Origin: Octopus sinensis
Taxonomy: Eukaryota
Reading direction: 5' to 3'
Assembly: GCF_006345805.1 (NCBI RefSeq)
Contig: NC_042997.1
Span: forward strand, 182,156,001-182,220,000
DNA length: 64,000 bases
Position numbers and translations under genes: made by a program. Numbering within the stretch: the stretch's first letter is position 1; the number at the start of each line of letters is the position of its first letter. The notes under the pieces were generated by a model. That model had not been told where the DNA came from. It worked only from the letters and a program-made list of their open reading frames with translations, and ran no database searches. Of this stretch, positions 38,701 to 50,159 are shown one piece after another.

Positions 38701-39041
38701 TATTTACATTATTTACAATTGACAGAAATTTGTCCTCATCTTGTTTGTTGTTTACACAACATTTCAGCTGATACACCCTCCAGCCTTCATCAGGTGTCTT
38801 GGGGAAATTTCAAACCTGGGTTCTCATTCCTAAGGTACTTTTCGATGTTGTTGTTATTATTATTCAGGTCACTGCCTGGAATCAAACTCGGAATCTTGGG
38901 GTTGGTAACCCAGGCTCTTAACCTTAACCACTACGCCATATGCCATGACACTTTATGAAGGCTGGAGGGTATATCAGCCGAAACATGTTAACAACAAACA
39001 AGATGAGGACAAATATCCATCAATTATAAATAATGTAAATA
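38701..39041 (-). mobile_element. tRNA-headed element with a Penelope-like HHR tail, plus an inverted copy of the tail
   Basis: Minus strand from 38940: A-box TGGCGTAGTGG, B-box GTTTGATTCC, linker, then GACAC-CTGATGA-A-GGCTG...CAGCT-GAAA-TGTT-GTGT. An inverted tail copy lies at 38947-39041. Confidence 0.72.
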
Positions 39042-39756
39042 ATGTACATAATTCCTCATCTCTTGAATATAGAACTGAATGGTGGTAGTTAGATTACTGA
39101 CTGCATGGTCTTGAATTCAAACTTTGTCAGGGTAATTATGTTGTGGTTTTATTCAGAGTATTGGTGAAATGAGATCTGAGAGTACAAGTCTCATATATCA
39201 GTTATAACCAGATTAGATAAATGGAAATATACCCAAAGTAGAGAATAAATCATACCAGCATAGTGTGGATTAGTCAGGTGTTAATATTATAAATATTATG
39301 ATTAGGAAGAAATGAATTTATATAACTAATTACAATTTCAAATTAAATTATATTCAGTTAAAACATATAAAGCTATAAGTTCCAAAAAAGCATTTTTAAT
39401 CTGGAACTTTACCTTTTCTCTACTTTCTTGCTCATTGAATATATAAAGAAAATATTTTTGCTGGACACATGTAAAATATATAAAATGGCAATCAGTAAGA
39501 TATTGAGCCACAAGCACATGGGCCATTAGTTTTATTTGTCTGTTACAATAATTTTATTTGTGTTTCTGGGTTGTACACATATTTTATATGGCTTAGTTCA
39601 TTTAACTACAGGAAATAAAGATTGGTCATATGAAACTGTCTACAATAAACTGGCAACCTAACCACACTTAGATTTATTACACACTAAATATTTCTCAATG
39701 TATAAGTAAAATATAGATCCTATGGCATTTGGAGTTGTTAATTTTATTATTTATTG

Positions 39757-40480
39757 ACTCATCATCATCTTCAATTTATGCCCATTTCTTCCACACTTGT
39801 GTTGGATGAGTCCTCTCAGCATTCCACTGCTTTTGCAGTCTCTCATCATTTCTTTGCTGAGGCTCAACCTTTCCAGATCAGCCTTCATCACTTCCTATAT
39901 TTTCCAGTATTTCCCTTCCACTTTAATTGTTTGGTACTGCTTTACCCAACTCTCATCTTCTATATGCATTTCATGTCCATGTCAGCTCAGTTTCCACTCT
40001 TGCACACTACAGGCAAATCCTCTTATGCTCATTTTTTCTCTCCACTCATTTACATTTTGTCATTTATTCACACTAACATCACACATCTAACAGAACATGC
40101 TTATTACATTTCTTTCCAGTTTTTACACATCTTCTGCACTAGTACCCATGTTTCACTACCATACAATATTGCACTTCATACACAAGCATCATTCAATTTG
40201 CCATTCATTCAGAGAATTCCTGTGATACCATCAGAGGGAGTAATAAACTTACACCAGTCGCTATGTTTGCAGAACACCCACTTCCACTGCTGGTTAGATG
40301 ATCTAGGTGACAGAAACTTGTCAACTACACCTCTAGGGAGCTTTTACACATTTGAGAGAGTTCATTTCATTGGTGCTTTTACTACTAGCTATACTTATAA
40401 ATCTGTGCTATGTAAAGTGTTTCTCTGTCAACTTGCTTGTGCACCCATTGTATACATTGGGTACACCTTATGAAATTCAT
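39757..40480 (-). mobile_element. RTE-clade LINE 3' remnant
   Basis: Minus strand, with frameshifts, gives VDKFCHLDHL (FCYLGD-like) and AILYGSETW segments, and a 3' end ctcatccaacacaagtgtggaagaaatgggcataaattgaa(gat)n. ORF 39754-40473 (+) is only its antisense. Confidence 0.8.
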
Positions 40481-42060
40481 ACCTACACCTTTACTACAAG
40501 TTGGGCATAATAGATTTAGCTATCAGAACTAAATCAACGGTACACAAAAGTTCTCACATATCCAGTCCTAAACTTTCTTGTTATAACTTAGAAAACTAAA
40601 ATAAAAAAGGAGGAGCTGGATGAGGGATCTTTCAGCTTCTACACCTTCTATCTCTGAGTCTCTGTAGTTCTTATTCTGATGTCACTAATCTTGAGTGGTA
40701 TATTCTTCACTTAGAAAAGAATATTCAGAACCATTTGTCTACCCAACTTCTTGCTGAGTTTGAAGTGTATCTGGCTTGCATGTTTGATTATGATAGATAA
40801 TCAGTTGGCTGGATATTTGGTTTCTAGGAGTTCATGATTTTAATGATAATAACAATAATAATTTGCTTAATTTGGCAAACTAAGCCTGTGACATGGTTTG
40901 AAATCCTGTTTATTACTGTTTTATATATATTGCTGTTTGCTAATATTTTAATATACTCTATAAAATGGTTAACTGGAAGGACATTCAACTATAAAAGCCA
41001 TGCCACAAATGGAACATACAAATGAGATGAGAACTTCAATCAATCTAGAAAGGCAGTAACCATGAATAAGAACTGGCTCAGACTGTAGCAACCTGTCCAG
41101 CCAAAGGCAGAATGTAAATTGGTTGTGAAATGATGCTAATGAGAGTGGTAGAATTGGTTGAGTAACAAATAAAATCATGCATTACAGCTTTTTACATTCT
41201 GTATTCAATTTCTGCCAGGCTGACTTGGTTTTTCTTCCTTATGAATTAATTAAATAGAGTACAGTGGTCCTTGTAATTGACTATACACTTCTTCCAAATT
41301 TTGTGGCTTTGTGACAATGTGAAAAATCAGTATGATTGAGAAGATGACAAAGAGGAAAGTTCCACAGGAAGTAATTTCAGTTCTATTAAACCACCATTGT
41401 ATATTTGATTGGCTACTTGGATACTTAGTGTGATGGTCTGAACTAATTAGGATTATTAAACAACAAAGACATTATGTATTAAAAGATGATTTTAGAGATT
41501 CCAGACTTACAAAAATATCTATAAAATTTATATTGTATTGTTCCTACTATTACTGCTTCTTACTAGTTCTTTTTTTTTTTTTCTTTTTGGTATATCATTA
41601 AAGACATTCATCTGCCTAATAAGCAAACCTTCTTTGGTTCCTCTTTTGCTAATATTATGATCTCCAATCTTCCTGACTTCCAAGTTCTACAGTACTCTAA
41701 CTTTCAACCTGCCTAATGTATCTGCCTTTTCTCTTCCTTCCGGAACCCTTATTAGATGCTTTTTCCCATTCTTTTTCTAATTGCAACCCTCTGAAGCTCC
41801 TTTATCTGTATTTTGCCTCTGATTACTAACATACAGGAGTTCTTAGTTAAACAGACCCTGAAAGGGTTACGATCATTGTCTCCTGTGACTGACTAACAAA
41901 AATGTTATTGAGACTACCCTCATTTATTTAGATGAAATGTGTTTATATATATATATATATCCATAGTTGTTAAGAGCTCAATTAGTAATAGGTTAACTCC
42001 AACATGTTCTAACATTGCAGTAAATCTAAGTGGGTAAAGCTTGCATATATATATATATAT

Positions 42061-42205
42061 GGCGTTAGGAATGGCATCCAGCCGTAGAAACACTGCCAGA
42101 TCAGACTGGGCCTGATGCAGCCTTCTGGCTTCACAGACCCCAGTTGAACCGTCCAACCCATGCTAGCATGGAAAGCGGACGCTAAATGATGATGATGATG
42201 ATGAT
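42061..42205 (+). mobile_element. Short family 3 tail copy, directly after (TA)n
   Basis: About 5 differences from 3141-3290 by eye. Confidence 0.85.
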
Positions 42206-43599
42206 ATATATACACAATTGGCTTAAAATAACCCTTAAGAGCAACTTATATTCAGGACAAAAAGCAGAAAAGCATATATTTCATAGATAAATTATAATTG
42301 AATTACATTCAATAGCCCTATTGACAGGAATAAACATCATTAATTCTCTAATTACATAGTTATGGTACATAACTAATTAATATCAATTAATTTAATTTAA
42401 ATTAGATTAATTTAAAGCAATGTTTATCCTAAATCATGAAAACTATTATGGGCTATGCCAAACATAAACTGTTGCTGATTTAAATACAAATGGGACAGAG
42501 AGAATCATATATATATTTATACACACACAAGCACATATACACATGCACACACCCTAACATAGTCTGTTATATTTCTGAAGATTGGTGATAATACTTTAAA
42601 TTAATCTACATTATCTATTAGGTAAGTATAGACGTAATATTTATTCCTAATGAAACAGCTATTAAAAGTCATTTCTATGAAATTTATGCTTTTTGGCTAT
42701 TTTTTCTATATCATTTTCATTATTTAACATCCTTATTCTATGCTGGAATCTGTTAGACTACACACACACATCTCAGTACTTTCATTTGTTTGATGTCCAG
42801 TTGTCATCAAGTGTCCTATTCATAAACGTGTTCAAAAAATTGAGGAGACAAATATCAAACCACTTGAAACTTATTGTAAATATTGAAAAATATTTCATGT
42901 GTAAAATATGAAGCTGGTAATCTGAAAAATTAAAATCTTAATTTATCTCAGACATATAAGACATTTAACAGAAAATTCCTTAGTCTAATTTACTTGATTA
43001 CATTTAATATTGGTCTGTGATCAATTAATGTTCTTCCAAGTATATTTCATTGTTAAATATCTTAGCTAGATGTCTGTAACACTGGAAAGTTTAGCATAAA
43101 ATGAAGCCTATTAATATAGAACATGAAATCTCTATAGAGATTTTAAAGAATTTTAATGTAGTTGGTAATTTAGAAATTAGGATTGCTTAATATTTAGGAA
43201 AGAATTTGCATAAGTTTTTTTTTTTTTCTCTCCTGGCTGTCAACCTTCAAAATTAATGTTTTCTTTCTTTCTCTGTAAATGGTATAACTACTAAATGGAT
43301 ATACTTATAATATTTTGCTCTTTTTACGAATGTCGGTCACTGGACTGCAACCATGCTGGAGTACCACCATCAAGAAATTAGTTGAACATATCAATCCCAA
43401 TACTTATTTTATCAATCTCTTCCATAACATAGTTTTTTTGAACAGCTATGTTATGGAACAAAAACAATGCTGATTTTTAGCTTGGTGTAAAAATTAGCAC
43501 AAACACAGAGTGCTCGCTATTAAATGTTTTACTATAAGCACCAAGACGGCTACAGTAAAGTGGCTACACAATTTGGTAACTGTTATTTCTACGTACAGG

Positions 43600-43736
43600 A
43601 TAATACGGTACCTTGACCCACAAATGTTGTCCTGTTGTTTGTGAAATACTAGGGTCGACTTTTATATGGGGTCTATGGAAAAGTCCCAATTTTTTGGCCA
43701 AAAATAGGGGGTCGACTATTACTCAAGTATATACGG
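43600..43736. mobile_element. Remnant of a Tc2/pogo-like non-autonomous DNA element (right end recognisable)
   Basis: Ends GGGGTCGACTATTACTCAAGTATATACGG|TA with an internal copy GGGTCGACTTTTATA; left end degenerate. Confidence 0.5.
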
Positions 43737-46016
43737 TATATAAAGTTCTCCTAAAATGTCTCCTGCTGTGGACCACTCTTCCTAGTGCAATCTTGTGGTT
43801 TCTGGCCATAAAAAGCCATAATATATTTAACATTTGGAGCTATCCAATTGAAAAGAATAAAAGATACATTTTATTGAATTAAATTTCTGTAGATAATGCT
43901 TCCCTAGAATCATCAATAACTGGAACTTCACAATTTGTAATAAATATGAATTCTTCTGATATTCACTGGGGAAAGCAGAAGGAGCCTATAATCTATAAGA
44001 GATTTTATGATAAATGCTATCAGCAACCTACTGTCACTAGTTCACCAGAATGTTATCTAAGTGTTAAAACTAACAATTAACACTATCAGTTACTTACTGC
44101 TTTATTTTCAATTGTTCATACTTCAGTTCTACTTTATTGTCTACTCAATGAAAAATGAAAATAATTTGTACCTTGAATTAAAAAGAAAATCTTTCTTATA
44201 CAAATATTTCTTTTAATGTTATATTTCAATTTTTATTATATACATATAGTTATAGTATGCATCAGTCTGCTGTTCAAAATATATTATTAGAACAGTGTAT
44301 TGAGCATATGATTATTATAGAAGCCTGTTACTACACATTTGTTGTCAAGAAACTTTTAGTGGTGATTTCAACTGCACAAATTAAACCTAGTCAGTTATCA
44401 AAAATTTATATTTCTTTAGATTTTTCCAGTGTTTGGTTATTTCAGCCTTGAAAGAGAGATGGATTTAATATAAAGATGTGAATATCAAAGTTTAGAAGTG
44501 TAATTACATTTTTGTATTGCAGAAATATTTCAACTAAAACAATATTACACAGATAATATGAAATATTGTGAGAAACTAGAGACTACTTTATCTGAATTCA
44601 AAAGCATCACTGCTTCATAGGTATGAAAGCTGTAAATTATATGTCAAATAGGATTTTAGTTAGATTTTACCTCTGATACTATTTGACTAGATTCATTTAA
44701 TCAATTCCATTTTCAAAATTCTTAAGAAATAGTATTTTTCTAGCACAGCATTTACCATCTCTACTGCCTTCCTTTCATCATCAAGTCAACAAATGACACC
44801 TGGTAATTTCGCTGGGAAGTGTGATGCACTTGTCATGGAATTTTCACAGGAGAGTATGAAAGTATTGCATTCCTTTGGGCACGACACTAACAATTCTACC
44901 CATCTACCTCCCATGACTGGTACTTTATTGACTGTAAAAAAGAATTTTACCTGAGTGAAATTAAAGAGCCAAAATAAATATCACAAGGCTTTTTTCTGAT
45001 ATACCATCAATTTTCAGTTCACCATTCCCATCTACATAGTAAGGTATCAATGAGCAAGGTGATAAAGGCAAGGACTAGAATCTTAATGTGTGTTAGAATA
45101 TGGCTAATTTCTAACCTAAATAATCCACTTATTAACCCTAATTCTTGATCTTTATCATTCTTAAATGTTGCAAAAGTAATTGTAGAAAAAAAAAGTGTAA
45201 GGGAAAAGAATCTGCAAGAGATTAAGCACTATAATGTGAAGATGGTGAAAACAGTAAATATTAACAATAAGTATTGACAGCATGTAGTATGTAGTTTCCA
45301 GTTCTAGTGTTTTAAAGACTTTGTTTGAGAATGTTTTCAGAAGATATTCATTACCTTTGTATATTTCATAGAGATAGACTTCTCAGCCAACTCTCTATTC
45401 AGCTTTCATCAGCTTGCATTCTCTTTCTCTCTCTCTCTTTGGTGGAGTAAGTTTAAATGCTAGCTATATTACTTTGCTTAGTGTCTGACATATAAATAGC
45501 TTGTTACCTTACAACACAAAATATAAGACTGTTATAGAATTGTGCATGATCAACGTGCTTGTTAGAACCATATTTTCTTGTTAGTGCGTTTCTTACATTT
45601 ACAAAATTAAAGATACTTTGCCTCAAAGCAGCAGCTAATTTGGTGTTTATGTGCTTGTAGTTGTAACTAGCTCCTGCTTACATAACACCCTTTACATAAC
45701 AACCTGCCCTTAGATAGGTGGCTTTAAATTTATATTCAAATCTATAATTTTTTGTTATATATCTTATTTCATCAAAATTAATTTCTTTATATACCACAAA
45801 TTATCATGTGGTTGAGTTGAATGTGTCCATATTTCCTTTAAATCATAGTTCATTTAAAGTGATTTTCTACAAGAATTATCTTAAATTGTTTGTCTTGTAA
45901 TACAGTTCATCTTCAACAATTTGTCTAAATATAGTTTGTCTGAAAATTGAAATGAAAACATTTTACACAGAAACAAAATAAACCGATGGAGGCATGGCAG
46001 TGGCTACTGTTATTAA

Positions 46017-47462
46017 TCTTACTATAATGGGCATTATGTCTGTCTGTCTGTCCCCTCTTCATGATCAAATGGGTGGACCAATGGTCACAATGTTTTTTTG
46101 GGGATTATGAAGGAGGTAATCATGAAGGTTGAAGGAGGTTATCAGGTTTTTAGCAAAAAACATGAAAAAGTATGATTATTTAGTGGATACTGAGTTTTGT
46201 ATCAATAAATCACCTTTGATTTTTTTGTTAAAATTCTGGCAACAAAGATTAACTCTGGATTTCCACCCCTGTATAGTTCGTGAATTTAGAGGGTTTAGAT
46301 TTGCAATACTATCCCTTTATTTCCCATCATAGATGGGCAAATTTGCTATCTAACTATAATGGGTGTTCTGTCTTTGTGTTCCCCCTTTATGGCCAGACAG
46401 CTGGACCAATGTTTATGATATTTTGGGGGATTTCAAAGATGGCTATCAGGAAGGTTTTAGCATTAAGAAATCAGAAAGTGTGATTATTTCGTGGATATCG
46501 ATTTTTGAATTGATAAACCACCTTCGCATTTTTATTAAAAATCCACAAGTAATCCAGAAGTAAAGCCAGATTTTCATCGTATAGTCTGTGGTACCATCGT
46601 AGATACAAAGGGGGTCACAAGGACAGTTAATAGCAAAGATAAAATGGAGAAAGTGCATGTCTGTGATTATTTAGTGATTATTGAAGTGTGTCAGTCTCGA
46701 GCAGGATTCGAAGCAGCTGTTGTTTACATCCTTAGTTTTGTCAATCAAAATAACCCATGGTATCAGAACAACCAGACATTATTTGCATAGAACAGTGAGA
46801 GGTAAGTCGTTTGATTTTTTGCACCCCTAAAGATTCCACTCACACATTCACAGCAAGCAAGGCACAGGGCCAGACTTTAGATCATGTAGGTGTATTTTTA
46901 CCCACTCCGATTTTTACACACGGCCAGCTTATATGTTGCTATGAGTAGAGCAACGGACTCCAATAATTTGAAAATTAGTGTCGACCAAACAGAAAATATC
47001 ATCTACAAAGAAGTTTTATCATCATATTGATATTATTGAAAGGAATATGATTCATGATTTAAATAAGGAAATTTGTGAACTTTGTATAAGAGTATAAACA
47101 AGTATAAAATTGTGTAAACAACTAAAATAAAAGTATATCTAAATAACATTTTTCCTTAATACTTTTTATGTAGTGGTCGAAGGAAGCACTGGCTTTTATT
47201 AAGAGTGGTCTACATAACCATTCATGATACAGAAGCCATGAGCCTATATCAGTTCGGGAGTGAATCGTCATTACATGTCACTTAGTCACAAACATGTCAT
47301 ATATAGCTGCAATAGAAGGCTGTATCACCAACAATAATGTGATTTCTCTAAGACATCACCTAGTAACCTATCAAGCCCATTTACACATTTCTCAACACAT
47401 ACTGCTGTTATGACTTCCCTCCCTCATTTTGTGCTGCCATCGTAGATGGGTAGATTTGCTAG
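46017..47462 (+). mobile_element. Non-autonomous Helitron with two tandem 5' heads and a helicase C-terminal fragment
   Basis: A|TC start at 46017. Ends with hairpin CCATC-gta-GATGG (47437-47449) then CTAG|T at 47462. An internal terminator CCCATC-ata-GATGGG...GCTA is followed directly by a second head TCTAACTATAATGGG at 46349. Confidence 0.82.
46822..47030 (+). pseudogene. Helitron RepHel PIF1-family helicase C-terminal fragment
   Basis: KAQGQTLDHVGVFLPTPIFTHGQ(L)/YVAMSRATDSNNLKISVDQTENIIYKEVL with one +1 frameshift, matching the Helitron KSQGQT...HGQLYVALSR...NIVYKEVL signature. Confidence 0.88.
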
Positions 47463-50124
47463 TATTCTTAATGCAGTAGGATGTGTGTTTTTGGCAACAT
47501 GTCTGATAATGTTGTTGTGGATGATAGTGTGATGTATATTGTGTAATGAATTTCTTTTTTTAGATGAATTGTATTTTGAACAAATTGATGTAGATAAATT
47601 GTATTACTAGTCAGATGGCATTAGATAAATTATTGTAGACAAATTGTTCTAGACAAATCGTTGTAAACAAATTCACTATCATATAACATAGTAGATGCTA
47701 TTCTTTTTATAGCTATTGTCAGCATTTGAACTTGCTAATAGTCCTTTTTTTTTTTTTTTCTTATTGGTCATATAGACAATGTCTTTCATTTTTTTAATTC
47801 CTTTCTTGTTTCTTATACTAAGGATAAGGTTTTTGTCAATCTTCCTACAAGCTCAATGAAAAGAGCTTGTTGTCTCACAGAAAAACTCAAAAGCATTCAG
47901 ACCATCTAAAAGCTCTGCTCTTGACTTGACCTAGTATCTGTCATTTCACCAAAATAAATATTTTTGATATGGTTTCACAAAATGCATTATATATCCTAAA
48001 TATATAGTAGACAATGAGAAAGTTAAATTATCTGCATGCTTTTTAAATTATGTATTTGAAAGATTGTTAATGAGGAGGACTAATGAGGTTTAAAATTAAT
48101 GTAGTCATTCATATATACCCTGTATTTCTTTTTACATCATCCAAGCAGAGATTGTTGCTCCTGGGGTTTTCTAAGTATTATAACTAGGATCTCATTACAA
48201 AAATTTGAAAACTGGTAGTTTTGTGTTCAGAGATTTGAGGATACCAATACACAACTGCTACATCAACTAGTGGCAGGAATAACAACAGCATAATGAATGT
48301 GGCTTTTCTCTAAATTCAAAAACAAATAAGTCAAGAAGCCAATAAACATTCCAATCTGATGTTTAGTGGGATTTCAATGTTTTATAACAATCTAAATCAT
48401 CCATAATTTATGTGCATTCTCACTATAGCAATTTCACTTCTGTAACTAACAGTGTGATCAGTCATGAATCAAAGATGACATGAGTTACCTTATAGATAAA
48501 TTCTGTATCCTGAGTTATCTATCTTACAAATTTCATTATATGATCTCAAGAATTTAGATGAATAAATTAATGTTTAGAATGTTTGTTTCTATTGGTAGCA
48601 AATGGATTCTCTTTACACAAATCATATACAAACCCTTGGATGTTGCATCAAAAAGTTGAGTCCAAGTTAAATGATAATAATGATTTGGATGTGTTGTTCA
48701 ACAAACATAAGTTGAATGAAATATAGCTAAAACTCAAGTGTCTTAAAGAACAGGCATCAAAAGAGAGACAGCACTGAAAACCCTCCTGCAATGCTAGTAA
48801 ATTGAAATTAAAACCAGTGAGAACTAGTTTTATATGTGGTTACATTTTATAAATACAACCCAATTCAACAGTAATGTCATTCTAGTTGAAAATTCTAATT
48901 GATTGTAAATAATCTGTGCTACAAAACATTGATAAAAGCAATAAGCATGTACTTATAAATTTTCCATGAAAACATTTAAGGTATTCAGCATAGCTTTTAG
49001 CTTATTTGTATTGCATTTTCTTTATTGACTTGAAAGGTTCTTTTCCATTTCATTTTGAAATAAAATGTAATTTTGAACGATAAATTGCAATATAGAAATT
49101 AAAATAACAATAAATAATAGTAGGTGTTTATATTTGATTCCTTTTTGCCTTTATTTAATGCAGTTCTTAACGTGTTGAAATTGAAAGGTACTTGATTAGT
49201 TGTGACTTTTATTGATTAGTTTATCCTCAAATATAGGACAGCCATGACAGTAAAACAGGTAGGAAGCAGCAAGGAAGATATAAAAGAGGGATAATGCTAT
49301 TAAAGTGATGTAGAAACAGTGTAACCTTTGTTCTATTATTCACAGGAATCCAGTGTAAATGATCCACCTTTTAAATTTCAAAAGATACGAGGTTATGTGA
49401 GAATAGTCAAGTATGAATAGCTTTGAATCATCTTTCAGCATGGCTTTGTTATGACTGTTTTAAGAAAAATTTAATTTTCCCTAACTTAAATTTGTTTAGT
49501 TTATTTACTGTTAGTTTTATTGTATTTTTAGATAAATTGTTATTAGACAATAATATTTTTTAGTTGCACTATTACATTCATGTGACAACTATTCAAACAT
49601 AATTGGAAACAACTACCCCAGAGGATGAAAAAATGAATATAATTACAAGTGTTTGGGTAACCTCCAAAAATTAAGTTGATATAAATAATTATTTATTACA
49701 ATAATAATTTCTTGGGAAGTACACATATAAAATATAAAACAGTATACAGATCATTATCATTTTCCTTGAATAAAATTCCTTAAACCCTGTATTGGTTGTT
49801 GGTATGAGAAAGTGTTTTAGATTAAATGTACTTTATTATAGCAGAGATATAAAATATCTAACATTTTTAAAGAAGATATTATTTGTGGAATTACTTGGAA
49901 AAAAACCTATGAGAGGTACACTTTTCTTTTTTTCCAGTTTAAATAAAACATCTTCAATCAATAGTTTCCATAGCAAGAGTCTTATAACACGGTACCATTT
50001 TATAATCTGAATTGCTTGTGGTGTAAACAATTTACACACAGTCATGTCAAAAACCAGAATATAACACTATATTAAATCATTTTTTTAGGTTCATTTTCTT
50101 CATCTGACTGTTTTTGTAACATTC

Positions 50125-50159
<35 letters not shown>

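Noticed and set aside
38864-38940. Possible tRNA gene
   Set aside because: A and B boxes are present, but there is no complete cloverleaf (no acceptor stem, and a 6-nt duplication). Treated as a SINE head.
39754-40473. 239-aa + strand ORF
   Set aside because: It is the antisense of a decayed RTE LINE and has no recognisable domain itself.
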